The notes beneath the pieces were generated by a model that saw nothing but the letters and a program-made list of their open reading frames with translations, made no database searches and was not told where the DNA came from. This document shows positions 44,075-63,035 of a stretch of 64,000 bases of DNA, piece after piece. Position numbers and translations under genes: made by a program. The DNA is from the human T2T-CHM13v2.0 reference genome, Homo sapiens: the NCBI RefSeq assembly GCF_009914755.1, contig NC_060933.1. One strand, given 5' to 3'. The first letter of the stretch is position 1; each line of letters begins with the position of its first letter.

Positions 44075-44280
44075 GCAGTCTGGGATAATGGCAAGTCACC
44101 GTCCTGGGCATATGAAAACCTGGGATGAGGGAGGACTTTGAACAGCCCCTCCCTTCTCTATGCTTCAGTTTCCTTTTCGTGCACTGGAAGGACAAGTATT
44201 GTGCTGCCTCATTCTCAGTGCTACTGTGTGAGTCCAATGAGGGGATACTTGGGACAAGGCTTTGACAGCTGAGAAACTTG
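44075..44280 (+). mobile_element. MIR-family fragment
   Basis: CTTCTCTATGCTTCAGTTTCC core. Confidence 0.55.
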
Positions 44281-45039
44281 GTTCTTGTTCTTTTTATTTT
44301 ATGTTAAAAGGGACTAGCGTAACCAAGGGACTAACATTATTGAGGCAAACAGCATCTTCCCGAGAAATGGTGACTGCTTTTCTGTCTGCAGAACTGTGAC
44401 CTTTTGGGAGACAAAAGATTTCAGTATTCATTGTCTTCTCACCCTTGATTGTCCTGCTGGGGTAGGTGGGGAGAAGAAGGAGGAGTAGGGGAAGACGACA
44501 TTGACATCGGATCTGCAATTCCTGAGTCACTGGAGAAAAATGAACTAGGAGAAAAAGAGAAAGTTGCTACCAGAACTTTGGAAGAATTCTTCCATGTGCT
44601 GCTCCCTCATGCATCCACTGACCCTAGGTGGGTCCCTTCTCATTCCCAAGCCTCAGTCTTCCCTCTGCATATTAAGGGCTCAGACCAGGATCCCTAACCA
44701 GCTTCCTCTGAGAGCCTGAGTGCGTGAGGCTGGGACAAGAGAGAGGGCTGTGAATTGATCTCCTCTGCACCATCTGCTGGCCTAGTCAACCTCTCAAGCC
44801 ATCCCTGGTCTCTGGGCCTTCCTGGACACTAGAATCTCCCATGAGGATGTCAGTTTAGACTGACTTGAGGGTGAATTCACCTGGTGCAGAAGGTTGGGCT
44901 TTTAGATCCCTTTGTTGCAGCCTAAATCTAAGAACCAAATCTGAAACACTTCCTGTTCCTCCCCGACCCCATCAGTACACTCGAGTCTCTCTGACATGAT
45001 GCCGCAGGCCCTCCATAATGTGGCTACAATCAACTTCTT

Positions 45040-45170
45040 GATAATAAGAGTATTTCTACTCCAGGTAGTTGTGAGGACCACACAGTACATGTGCATAAAG
45101 CATTTAGCATGATACTCAGCCAGCACATAGTAACCACTCAATAAATGGCAGCTGCTATTAGTTATCACTA
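45040..45170 (+). mobile_element. MIR 3' portion
   Basis: GTTGTGAGGA...AAAGCATTTAGCA...CACTCAATAAATGGCAGCTGCTATTA. Confidence 0.72.
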
Positions 45171-45489
45171 CCACTGTGACTTACTCTCTTCTCCCTTTCC
45201 TTTTCTCCAATGCCTATCCTGGCATGTGGCCTCATGCCCTTGTGTCTGCACAGCCTTTCCCCTCTGTATGGAGAGACCTCAATTCATGTCTCCCACTTTG
45301 TGCCCATTTTGGGGTGTAATTGCTGAGTGGAATTGCCCACCTTGGGAAGATGGTCATTTCTTGCTGCTTTTCTTTCCCCCAAACTCATATGGTGGAATTT
45401 GCTTATGTCTTGAACTTATGGTGTGACTCCACTGTAGGGGGGACACAAGTGCTCAGTCAACAAAGGAGTCATTGGCTCTAGGGGGTCTC

Positions 45490-45745
45490 CCCACTAGGTT
45501 ATGAGCTATTGACGGCTGAATCTGGGTTTGTCCTCCTCTGCACCCATAGTGCTGACACCATGCTTATACATAGGCAGTTTCAGAAAAATCCATGTATTTA
45601 AAACAGATTTCTAGAACATCCATCAAGTGTCAGGCACTGCTCTGGGCATTGTGGATAGGATGGTAACCAAGATAGACACACGTCCCTGCCTTCCTGAAGC
45701 ATGTATTCCAACTGGGGAGACAGGAAAAAGAACAATAAATGACTT
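45490..45745. mobile_element. Two L2 3' ends, tail to tail
   Basis: Sense end (TATGAGCT...) followed by antisense GTGTCAGGCACTGCTCTGGGCATTG. Confidence 0.6.
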
Positions 45746-47124
45746 AGTTAAACACTATTTCTCTTTGTCTGTTTCTATGTCTGGAGGAATTTCCTTTGCA
45801 TTGGGAGGGTGTGTTTGTGAGAATATGTTTGGCTAGTTTTTAGTAGCCATATAGGAAGAGTACTCAGGAAGCTGAGGTGGATCTCAAAGAGATGAGCAGT
45901 TATCCTCCAGAAAAGGGAACCCAGGATAGAACTAGAGGTCAGTGACAGCTAGTGCCACAGGGCAGAGAAGGGAAAGACGGTGTTGAGGTGGTTTTGAATA
46001 CAAGTCCTCCTCTGAATGGCTCTAGGGCACATTCCAAATTGCAAGTGCTGATTTGCAATGGAGCTGTTTTTCACTTGGACAACTTTATATATTGTGCTCC
46101 AGGGTGAACAACAACAGGGATGTATTTACTTAATGATGTGGGGAAGGGCAGCCAGTAAATAAAATAATCACAAAGTGTGACAAGCACTTAATAAAGGGGC
46201 CTGAGATGAGGCTGGAGGAAAGGCAGGGGCCGATTAGGCTGGGTCTCAAGACTGTGGTGAGGGGCTTGGACTTTATTTAGAGTGAATCAAAGACCAGGGG
46301 AGAGTTGGGATCTGATTTTGCTTTAAAGATCACTCTCACTGCCATGTGGAGTCAGTTTGATTTAATTGAATCAAATATTTCTGGAGAGCATCCAAATAAA
46401 TTGGCTTCTTGAAGCCATCACCTCCCCCTGCTGAGTTTGACTAGCTCCTGGTAGAACTGGGGACCCTAATTTCCCAAGGAGACAAACATCCAATTTCTGG
46501 TTTAGATTTGCATTAGAAAGAGACCTTAATTACTCTGATCTCTAACACCTCTGAGGAGCCGATTTGAGCTTTTCAGATGCAAAGAGTGTTAATTGGCTAA
46601 GGGGCCCAGCTGAGCTGAACCCTCACCAAGTGGGAAGGGGTAGAGGAAGGAGAAGGGGAAAGGGGTTGGAGAGAGGAGGGGACACCTCGCATTTGTCAGG
46701 TTTCCTGGAGATCTGAAGGGGAGTGTGAGGGGAATTGATACCAACAGTTTGCCCACTTTCGATCCTTCAAGTCTCCTCCCACTCTTCCTTCAAGATCCAA
46801 CTCACTCCCACTGTCCCAGGAAGCACCCCCGCCCCCCGTCCCCACTCCCACCCCCGGATTTCCTTTACCGCTTCCTAGGCGGACAGTGCCTCCAGGGACT
46901 CCTGGTTTCTAATCATGGCCCTTGGATGGCCCTTCCACTTGGAGGGCAAGGCTTCTATCCCTTGCAGCTTCATCTCCTTGCACAGCCCAAGGTGAGTGCT
47001 CGGAAAATGTGAAATGAATGAATAATAAAACAAATGATAATGTTAATGATAATATAATAATAAAAGCCACCACTTATGTAGTGCTTCCCGTGATTCTACA
47101 CTGCTGAGTCTCAGAGTCAGAAAG

Positions 47125-47335
47125 CATTTACTCCTGCTCTCCAATTCCTGCCATAGCCAATCTCCAGCATAAATCACCATTGATGGTTATGTATTTATCT
47201 GTGGGATTGTTTAATACTAACCTCCTCCATGAAGACAAAGAACCCCTGCCTGTTTTGTTCACCACTCTATCTGCAGTGCCTAGCCCAATGTCTGAACCTA
47301 AAAGGCTCAATAAACATCTGTTGAATGAGAGAATG
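47125..47335 (+). mobile_element. L2 3' end
   Basis: TGTTTTGTTCACC...CAGTGCCTAG...GCTCAATAAACATCTGTTGAATGA. Confidence 0.82.
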
Positions 47336-48510
47336 CTTGCATACATCCAGTGATGGGAAGTTTACTCTCTCCTAAGGAAGTCTTGCTCATGTATGGTTCC
47401 TTTTCCTGTTAGTTCTTCCTTTTACTGAAGAACTAACATTCGTTTCCCTGGAGCATCCATTTAACACTGATGCCTGGATTCTCTCACAAACAGCTTGCCA
47501 CCTGCCCCTACCCCACCACCACGGGGCTGCAAGGCTATGATTTATAAATGTTTCTTTCTGTATGTCCTGTTCGCTTGCTATATGTGCCTGGTCACTCCCT
47601 CTGGACACAGTCCAGATGGTCCTGTTTCCTCTCACAGTAAGGCCTGATAAATATGTAAAGATGAGACTCTCACTTCCCATGTTCTAGGAATTACATTTCT
47701 ATAATGCAACTCTTCAAATGTAGTTGCCTCTACTCTGTTTAAATAAAGATATAAGGCACCAATAAGGAAGATGAGTTGACCAATTGAGGTCTTTTCTACA
47801 GGTGTAGAAAATGTTAATGGTGGGTATATGGGGAATACAACTTTTTTTTTTTAAGTGAAAGCAGGTTTACAAAGAAAGTACGGGGTATACAAATTTTAAA
47901 AGTTGTAAAACTTTTCAACTTTTTAGTACGTTTGAAATTTTTCAAAATAAAATGTTGGAAATAGGAAAAATCCAATAAAGTAATTAAAATGGAATACTAA
48001 AAAAAATTAACCACAAAAAAGACAAGAAAAACAGAAAAAAAGAACAGGACAAATAGACAGCACATAGCAAAATGGCCATTAAAGTCATGTTAAATGTATT
48101 AAAGTAATGTTAAATGTAAATGAACTAACCATTTCAATTAAATGGCAGGAATTATCAGACTGGTTAAAGGAATAAGAGCTAATTTTCTGCTGTCTACAAG
48201 CAATACTTAAAAACACAAAGACATAGGTTAAAAGTAAAAGGATAGAGATTAGGCAAAAGCACTAATTATGAGAAAGCTGGAATGGCCATATTATCTGATG
48301 ATAACATAGACTTTGAGACAAGAAGTATTATCAGAGATAAACACACTTCATTACAAAAAGTGGGTCCAGTTCATGAGGACAATAAAAGAATGATAAAATT
48401 TTTAACACATATAATAATAAATGTGAATGTGGGTAATAACAGAGCTTCAAAATACATGAAGCAAAAACTGACAGAAATAAATGGAGGAATAGATAAATCC
48501 ACAACCATAG

Positions 48511-48814
48511 TTTCTATTTTTGTTTTTGTTTTTTGAGACGGGGTCTTAATCTGTTGCCCAGGCTGGAGTGCAGAGGCACAATCACAATTCACTGTAGCCT
48601 GGTAACTCCTGGGCTCAAGCAATCCTCTTGCATCAGCTTTCTGAGTAGCTGGGACTACAGGCACATGCCACCATGCCCAGCTAATTTTGCCATTTTTTGT
48701 AGAGATGGGGTCTCACTATATTGCCCAGGCTGGTCTCAAACTCCTGGGCTCAAGTGATCCTCCTACCTTGGCCTCTCAAGTGCTGGGATTACAGGTGTGA
48801 GCTACCACCTAGCC
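48511..48814 (-). mobile_element. AluJ
   Basis: J-type CTCCTGGGCTCAAG; flanks ACAAC(C/T)AT(A/G)GTTT. Confidence 0.92.
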
Positions 48815-49123
48815 CTACAACTATGGTTTTTATGCTCTCAGTAATTGATAAAACTGTTAGAACAAAAGTAGTAAGGATAAAGATCTGAACAACATTATAA
48901 GGCACTTTGACACCAAGAACTGTATGTAGAATACTGATTTTTTTTTTTCAAGAACCCATGGAACGTTCATTAGGATAGACCATATGCTGGTTTTCAAGTG
49001 TAATACATTTTAAAAGATTGAACATTTATACAATGTGTTTTACAAATAATGATGAATATGAAGCTACAGATTGAAGAAGCCCAATGGGCCCCAAATACAA
49101 GAAACATGAAGAAAATGATATCA

Positions 49124-49592
<469 letters not shown>

Positions 49593-50974
49593 TCAACCTA
49601 GAGTTTATATCTCAGCAAAAAGATCATTCAAAAGCAAGAGCAAAATAAGAACTTTAAAAAATACATAAAAACTGAGGGAATTCTTAGTTGGCACACCACA
49701 CTATAAGAAACACTAAAGGAACTTGGTCAGACAGAAGGAAAATGACACCAGATGGAATCATGAATTAATGGAAAGTAATTAAAAACATTAGAAATGGTAA
49801 CTGCATGGTAAACAAGATTTTTAAATATTATTTGAAATTCTGTTAAAGATAATTTACCGTTAACATGAAAATAATTGCAATGCAACATGGCATTTATAAC
49901 ATGTAAAAGTAAATGCATAACGAGACAAATGTTGAGAGTGGGGAAATGGAAATATTTACTATTGTAAGGTTCTTTTTAAAATGTTTTCGTTTTTAATTTT
50001 TGTGAGTACATAATAGGTCTATATATTTATGGGTTACATGAAATATTTTGCTATAGGCCTGCAATGCGTAACAATTACATCAGGGAAAGTGGGGTATCCG
50101 TCTCCTCAAGCATTTATCCTTTGTGTTACAAAACAATAGTTTTTTAGTTATTTTAAAATGTACAAGTAAGTTATTTTTGACTATAGTCACCCTGTTGTGC
50201 TAGCAACTACAAGGTTTTATTCATTCTTTCCATCTTTTTGTACACATTATCTATCCCCACTACCTCCCTGCCTCTGCTACCCTTTCTAACCTCCAATAAT
50301 CATTCTTCTACTCTCTCTCTCCATGAGTTCAGTTATTTTAGTTTTTAGCTCCCAAAAATAAGTGAGAACATGAGAAGTTTGTCTTTCTGTGTCTGACTTA
50401 TTTCACTGAACATAATGACTTCCAGTTCCATTCATGCCATTGCAAACGAGAGGATCTCTTTCTTACGGCTGAATAGTACTTCATTGTGTATATGTATCAC
50501 ATTTTCTTTATCCAATCATCTGTTGACGGACAGTTAGGTTGCTTCCAAATCTTGGCTATTGTGAATAGTGCTGTAACAAATATGGGAGTGCAGCTATCTC
50601 GGATATACTGATTTCCTTTCTTTTGGGTATATACCCAGCAGTGGAATTGCGAGATCATACGGTAGCTCTACTTTTGTTTTTTTTGAGAAACTGCCAAACT
50701 GTTCTCTATGGTGGTTGTACTAATTTGCATTCCCACCAGCAGTGTATGAGGGTCCTTTTTTCTCCACATCCTCACCAGCATTTGTTACTGCCTAACTTTT
50801 GAATAAAAACTATTTTAACTTCTCATTGTAGTTTTGATTTGCATTTCTCTGATGATCAATGATGCTGAGCACCTTTGCATATGCCTGTTTGCCATTTGTA
50901 TATTTTCTTTTGAGAAATGTCTATTCAGGTTTTTTGCCCATTTTTAATCAGATTAGTAGATTTTTTTCCTATAG

Positions 50975-51329
<355 letters not shown>

Positions 51330-52526
51330 TATATTCTGGTTATTAATCATTTGTCAGATGGGTAGCTTGCAAATATTTTCTCCAATTCTATGGGTTGTCT
51401 ATTTACTTTGTTGATTGTTTCTTTTGCTGTGTAGAAGATATTTAACTTAATGTGATCCCATTTGTCCATTTTGCATTGGTTGCCTGTGCTTATGGGTTCT
51501 TACTCAAGAAATGTTTGCCCAGCCCAATGTCCTGGAGAGTTTCCCCAATGTTTTCTTGTAGTAATTTCATAGTTTGAGGTCTTAGATTTAAGTCTTTAAT
51601 CCACTTTGACTTGATTTTTGTATATGGTGTGTGACAGGGGTCTAGTTTTATTCTTTTGCATATGGATATCCAATTTTCCCAGCACCATTTACTGAAGAGA
51701 CTATCCTTTTTCCAAGGTATGCTCTTAGCACCTTGTCAAAAATGAGTTCACTGTAGATGTATGGATTTATCTCTGGGTTTTCTATTCTGTCGCACTGATC
51801 TATGTGTCTGTTTTATGCCAGTACCATGACATTTTGGTTACTATAGCTCTATAGTATAATTTAAAATCAGATAACGTGATTCCTCCAGTTTTGTTCTTTT
51901 CGATTAGGATAGCTTTGGCTATTCTGGGTCTTTTGTGGTTCTATATAAATTTTCAGAGTGTTTTTTCTATTTCTGTGAAGAATGTCATTGGTATTTTGAT
52001 AGGGATTGCATTAAATCTATAGATTGCTTTGAGTATTATGAACATTTTAGCAATATTCTTCCAATCCATGAACACGGAATATCTTTACCTTTTTTTTTTG
52101 TCTTCTTCAATTTCTTGCATCAATGTTTTATAATTTTCATTGTAGAGTTCTTTCACTTCTTTGGTTAAGTTAATTCCTAGGTATTTAATTTTATTTGTAG
52201 CTGTTGTAAATAAAATTACTTTCTTGATTTCTTTTTCTGATTTTTTGCCATTGGTATATAGAAACACTACTGATTTTTTGTATGTTGATTTTGTATCCTG
52301 CAACTTTACTTCCAAGAGTTTGTTTATCAGTTCTAATAGTTTTTGGTAGAATCTTTAGGTTTTTCCAAATATAAGATTATAACATCTGCAAATAAGAATA
52401 ATTTGACTTCTTCCTTTCCAATTTGTATGTCCTCTATTTCTTTCTCTTGACTGCTCTAGCTAGGACTTCTAGTACTATGTTGAATGAAAGTGGTGAAAGT
52501 GGTCATCCTTGTGTTCCTGATCTTAG

Positions 52527-52901
<375 letters not shown>

Positions 52902-53050
52902 TGAGGTATGTTCCTTCTATCCTCAGTTTTGTTTTAGGGTTTTTATCATGAAGGGATGCTGAATTTTATCACATGCTTTTCCAGCATCAATTGAAATGAC
53001 TATATGTTTTTGTCCTTCATTCTTTTGATATGATGTATCACATTAATTGA

Positions 53051-53411
<361 letters not shown>

Positions 53412-53551
53412 GATGAGCAATCTTTTTAAGTGTTGTTGAATTTGGTTTGCTGGTATTTTGGTGAGGGTTTTTGAGGCAATATTCACCAGTGATACTGGCC
53501 TATCATTTTCTTATTTTGATGTATCTTTTTCTGGTTTTGGTATCAGGGTAA

Positions 53552-53936
<385 letters not shown>

Positions 53937-55153
53937 GGGATTAGTTCTTCTTTGAATGTTTGGTAGAATTCAGTAGTGAAGCCATTGGGTACTGGGCTTT
54001 TCTTTGCTGGGACTTTTTATTACAGCTTCAATCTCATTACTTGTTGTTGGGCTGTTCAGGCTTTGGGTTTCTTCATGTTTCAATCTTGATAGATTTCACG
54101 TGTCTAGGAATTTATCTGTTTCTTCTAGATCTTCTGATTTATTGGTGCATAGTTGTTCATAGTAGCCACTAATGATCCTTTGAATTTCTGTGGTATCAGT
54201 TGTAATGTCTCCTTTTTAATCTCTGATCTTATTTATTTAGGTCTTCTCTCCCTTTTTCTTTGGCTAAAGGTTTGTTCATTTATTTTTTCAAAAAAACAGC
54301 TTTTTGTTAAATTGATCTTTTGTATTGTTTTCTTCATTTCAATTTCATTTATTTCTGCTCTGATCTTTATTATTATTTTTCTTCTACTAATTTTGGGTTT
54401 GATTTGTTCTTGGTTTTATAGTTCTTTAAGATGCATCATTATTTATTTGAAGTTTTTCTTATTTTTTTGAGGCACTTATAACTATAAAATTCCATCTTTG
54501 TACTGCTTTTGCTGTATCCCATAGGTTTCGGTATGTTGTGTTTCTGTTATAATTTGTTTCCAAAAAATTTTTGATTTTATTCTTAATTCATTCACTGACC
54601 CACTGGTCATTCAGGAGTATATTGTTTAATTTCCATATATTTGTGCAGTTTCCAAAAATCCTCTTGTTATTGATTTCCAGTTTTATTCCATTGTGGTCAG
54701 AGAAAATGCTTGATATTATTTTAATTTTTGGGAATGTTTTAAGACTTGTTTTGTGACCTAATATATGATCTATCCTTGAGAATGATCCATGTGCTAAGGA
54801 AAAGAATCTGTATTCCGTAGCCCCTGGATGAAATGTTCTGTAAATATCTATTAGGTCCATTTGGTCTATGGTGCAAATTAAATCTAATGTTTCTTTGTTG
54901 ATTTTCTGTCTGGAAGATTGGTCCAATGCTAATAGTGGGGTTTTGAAGTCTCAAGATATTTTTGTATTGGGCTCTATCTTTAGCTCTAATAATGTTTGCT
55001 TTATGTATCTGAGTGCTCCCATGTTGGGTGCTACATATTTAAAATTGTTATATTCTCCTGCTGAATTGATCCCTTTATCATTATATAGTGACCACCTTTG
55101 TCTCCTCTTACAGTTTTTGTCTTGAAATCTATTTTGTCTGACATAAATATAGC

Positions 55154-56767
<1,614 letters not shown>

Positions 56768-57279
56768 GTATAGTTGAGTCTTAATGAGGCATATACCAAA
56801 AACAACAAAAATTCTTGAACCTTGTCCTTGATCTACTGATACACATTACCTGGGAGGGAGGCTCAAGGCTGCAGTTTTGCAGTTCTGACACACACACCAC
56901 CACTTGAAAGCCTCTGGTCCATGGAGCTGAAATTCCTCCCAGTGGCCTTGCCAGGCTCCCTTTTTCTCTACCTGCTTCCCATGAAAGCCTCAGGTTTCCC
57001 AGTCCCCATTTCATTCTCTGAGCTCCGGCCCACCCAGCTGTCTGAGGTTCCCTGACGGGCCCAGGCTCTTGGCCTCTGGGCCTTTGTAGCTGCTGTGTCC
57101 TCCCCCTGGAGCACCCCTGTGCTCTTCTTCAGTTGACTGGTTCCCAATGGTGCTTCAAAACCCTGCTCAGGAGGCACCACCTCTGGAACGCCTTCCGGAC
57201 ACCCCGCCCCAGGTTGGAGGCTCCATCTTTTCCACTAGCTTTCCCTGTGAACCTCTCCGAACTTTGGTTTCTTGATCTC

Positions 57280-57420
57280 TAAACTGAGCTTAAAAATAAT
57301 GCCTACCTCACAGGATTGTTTTGAAGACTCAATGAGATAATGTAAACTTTTTAGCATAGTTGTTGGTGCATATTAGAATTCAACAAACAGTGGCCACTCT
57401 GGTGTGGCTGGTGCTATTAT
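57280..57420 (+). mobile_element. MIR 3' portion
   Basis: AATAATGCCTACCTCACAGGATTGTT...ATGAGATAATGT. Confidence 0.72.
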
Positions 57421-57704
57421 TATTCTCCATCACTCTTGTCATCTTCTCCTCCTTGTGTCCCTGGAGGCCTCTGAAAATGTCCCACAGAGCACACTGGTGG
57501 CTGCTGTTCAGTCACTTGTCTGCTTCCTCCCCTAGACCATGACTTCCCTGAGGACAGGGGTGCACCACAAGCATTCAGTGAGTTCAGTCCACAACACTTA
57601 TTGAGCAGCCTCTGGGAGCCAGACCCTATCCCAGGTGCTGGGGACACAAAAATTAGGAGGAAGGCAATGAACATCAGAAGTGAAGGTGGCAGAGAGGTGC
57701 CAGA

Positions 57705-58578
<874 letters not shown>

Positions 58579-60042
58579 TAGATTTGGCAGTTAGCAGTGC
58601 ATCAGAGAGATGTGGAGAGAGCTGCTTTAGAGGAAGCAGAAGCCAAAGTGCAGGGATGGGGAAGTGAGTGACTGGAAGGGATGAGAAAGGGGAGTGGAGA
58701 CAGCCCCCTGAGAGCTATTGGGCGCAACAAGAGAGAGGGTAGTTTGATGGAGAGGGCGTTATTGACAGGAAGGTGCCAGTAGGATGGGAGTGACTGCAGA
58801 TACAGGAGAGACGAAGGAGAACAGAGTAAGGGGGCGGGGGCTGGACTGCCTGCATCCAGGTGCAAGGGGAGGTGAGGGGGGGGTCGGCAGGGAGGGAGGG
58901 GGCTCGTTCATACCTGCTGCCGGGGTGCTCTGTATCCTCAAGTGGAGCAAACTCATCTGTGGAGGGAGAGAAGAGTGGCGAATGGAGCGGGGGGGGGGGG
59001 GGGGCTCCGGGAGGGCGGGGGAAGTGTGAAGTAGCTCTTAAGTGGAGTGGGGGAGGGTTAGAAAAGACGGTGACAGGCGGTGCTAAGCAGAGACCAGAAT
59101 CTGGAAGGGTGCCAGGTTGTGGGTGTGGGGGAGGGGGCTGTTCCGCCGCAGCTGCAGCTACAGCCAGGAGGTGAGGGTGAGGAAGCTGGAGGGAGGCATG
59201 ACTTTTGGAGTGGGCGGGCTCACCGGGAGGATGACCAACTAGATGGTCCAGATTGCCTGGAAATGGAAAGTCCCTCATCCCAGGAATGCCTGAGGCCAAA
59301 CAAACCAGTAGAGTTGGTCACCTACTGCAGAGTGATGAAACCCTGGCCCCCACGGGGGTGAGCGTGCTGGCTTTGTGATCGGCGCTAGGATGCAGGCTGG
59401 GGGTGGTGTGGGGGTGTAAGGGTAGCCTGGACACTCAGGAAATAGGACTGGGGGGTTGGGAGGGAGGTTAAGGACCTAAGGGTGTCACTCACCTGTCTTC
59501 CTGGTTCCTGAATAGTGCCTGGCCTTCCACCAGGCACTAAATATTTTTCCAGAGACTGTGAAACCAGACATTCTTACTACTTTTAATTTTTGCCATAGTC
59601 ACATAGCTTCTGCATTAACGTAATATTCTTTAAAATCAGCTCTTTAACAAGTATGTCTAAAAGGAAACACCCTTTACCCTATATGGACAAAAAGAAACCA
59701 CACAGAGCCCCACCACCAAGCATATATTGGCGGCTAACTGGATCTGCTGCTTGACAAGGGAACTGCGGTGCCCAGGGCTGCTGTCTGTCTGTTACCCTGG
59801 GAGATGAGTCGGCTTGAGAGAGGCATGGACGATGTGCTCGCACCCAACGGAGCCCTTTCTCCTTGAGCTGCTGAGAAGAATGGGGCTTGAAAGAGGGACA
59901 GCTTTGCTGTGTGACTGAATTCCATGTTCCTTTACTACCTGCGATCATCTTGCTTCCCTCACTTCGGAAAATGCTGTGATAAAGTGATTGAGACTATAGG
60001 TTCTCTTAGTGTTCTTAAGAGTCAATAACAGCTGTGCATTTA

Positions 60043-60440
<398 letters not shown>

Positions 60441-61419
60441 CCTAGCTCGGCCAGCAGACCCAGTTAGCTACTTCTCCCACTTTCTCCGCACTTGGCCTTC
60501 GGAGACTATTTTGCTGCTTGATTTCTGATTTCTTGTCAGCTGTGATTAATGAGGAAATCTCCTGCATACACGATTTTCAGCTGTACCCGGTTTACGGCAA
60601 ACAGATTAGATCATTTAAGTCAGAATAATACTATTTAGCAAAGCTGGATTTAGAGCTGGCAGAAATTAAGATTAAAGATAAAAAAAAAATAGAGTGAGAA
60701 TCATAGATCAACACCTGAAAAATCTTGCTGCCTGTACACATCCCTAATTGAGAAGTATGTGAAAGATTCCATCCGTGAAATTCAATTATCATGCAAGCCA
60801 GAGGAAGTGGCTTCCCTGGGGAAAAAAACCAGGCAGCCCAAATCAAAACAGCCCCACCTGTCTGTTTTCGTGTCAAAAGAGTGAGAAAGCCTGCCTGGCT
60901 GATGATGAAATATGGACGATATGCATCAACTTGATGAAAATGTCCAGGGGTCCCTTTCTATAATGGGATTATCTCTCGAGCTCCTCCATCAGAAGTTAGC
61001 CTGGAAAAACGTTTGAGGCTTCATAGATACTGAGGGCAGACTGGCACCTGCACCCCATTCCTGACACCCTTTCTCCCAGCTTCAGAGTGGGTGGGACTGG
61101 ATGGAACTGGAAGACAAAAGGAGCTCTCAAGCCCTGAGCCCCTTCCATGGATGAGGGGCTTCTTAACTGGAGCAATCAGCAGGAAAATCTCACAACTGTA
61201 ATGATTACAAATGAGCCAGTGGTAATTGACCCGCCTTTTAACTGCAAGGAGGGATGCAGGGTTGGGGCGGGGGTTCTTCAGCACTTGCTTTGTCTCTCGG
61301 ATTCCAGAGAGATTCACACTGCAATCCTGGATCTGCAGAAGAGCTGGATGGAGTTTCTTTTTGGTTAACTGCTGTGCGTGGTCATGGTGGTAAATACAGG
61401 CTTATTCCCCTCTGGGGCT

Positions 61420-61530
61420 TAGAGGCGTACAATTTGCAAAGTGCTTTCACATTCATCAACTCAGAACATTCGACTCAGAAAACCCTGAGATAATGTTTCC
61501 CATTATACAGATGAAGAGGCGGAGGTTAAA
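61420..61530 (-). mobile_element. MIR fragment
   Basis: AAAGTGCTTTCACATTCATC...CCCATTATACAGATGAAG. Confidence 0.7.
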
Positions 61531-63035
61531 CGATTGGCTTCATCTGTTTGAAAAATCCGTGCTGGATTCCGATCTAATGTGTGTTTGGTGCTACGCTGGT
61601 CCATTTAGAGAAAGGCGCCATCTCAGTCTCTCAGGAGCAGGCATTCTGGTGGGGAGGATTAGACGCTGACTTATGTGATCATCACCGAAGGTCAAATGTG
61701 ATAGGGCCATCGGGGAGGGGTGCTTAGGGAGAGGTCAAAGATGAAAAAGACTGCTTGATGGAGAAACCCTCCCCAAGGGCCAAGGCCAAGCCTGTCTCTA
61801 CGGCAGTTGTAGCTCCAGTACTTGGCACAAAGCAGGTTTCAAAAGCATCAGTTGAATAAATGAATGAATGAATGAATGATAGTGGTGCCTCTTAAGATAG
61901 ACCTTAAAGGATGTAAAGAATTTGGGGAATTTGAAGAAAAGCAAGTAAGTTGGGAATTATTACCGGGAGAATAGAGGAAGTAAATCGTAGGATATCAAAA
62001 TTGCAATAATATTGGGTTTGCTGAATCTGTGCTGAGTATGAACAAGCTCTGGCTGATGTTAACAATGTGGTTTTGCTAATCCCTGCTGCATTGTCTCATG
62101 GATGGTGACAGTCAGGTCTCTCCTTCACACTCCTCCCTCTTCTCCCAAAGTCACTGGGAAAATTGCTTTGCAGACCATCTGTGCCTCTTTGAGTGACTTA
62201 GAGGTTTCAAATTAGTTTCTCCAGGTATTATTTTGAATTCTAGTGGCTTGCTCCAGATCAGGGCAGGACTAAGGGGAGAGGAGAGATGCTCAGGAGGGGG
62301 AGAAATATCTGAGTTTGATTGGAGACTCATGATATCTTTGGTGTACAATCAAAATCGGTGAAGGTGGTTCTTGATGTGAACTGTGTATTTTGAGTCCTCA
62401 AGGAACACTGCCTATCCCTGCCTGGAAGGAAGGGTCTAGTGTCAGGATAGACTCCCTGGTACTACCTGGGAGGAGCCCCCTCAACCACTCTCCCTGAACT
62501 GGAAGGGATGGGGAACATGGTGTCGTCTCCAGCTTGAGCCATAATGTTCACCTTTGTGATATGGGACAAGAGGGCCCTACAGGCTCAGGGTCATCATGAA
62601 AGGCAACAACTTTATAAAAGGGAAGAAGGAGTAAGGAAAACCTGCCTGTCCCTAATTATAGAGTTATCATGTCCAACATCTAACCTAAAAATAACAGTGG
62701 ACTTGTCAAGCCCTGATCAGGAGGTACTTACTGGGAAAATCTGATAGTCACATTTCAGGGTGGGCTGGTTCTTCTCTATTTGTAATCCCTTCCAGGGCCA
62801 TCCTCTGACTTTCTCCACCCTGCCCTGTCTCTGGGGGGCTGACCCACATGGATGGTATCATCTGGGCTCCTTTGCCCTCAGGCATTAGGTTGGGTTCAGT
62901 CCATGGGAGGCACTTGGGCGATCGGAGAAGGAGAGAAGGAATAGTCAGGGTAGCTCTTCCCTGCTCCCTTCTTGCTTTAAGATCATGTCATGGCAGGGTC
63001 TGGGTCCTTCTGTGACCATGGTGTGCCAGGCAGCC

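Noticed and set aside
54588-54926. Endonuclease-like ORF
   Set aside because: Real L1 ORF2 homology but a fragment of a frameshifted, Alu-interrupted dead element.
58715-59299. 194-aa Pro-rich ORF
   Set aside because: Explained by C-rich low complexity on the minus strand; no recognisable domain.
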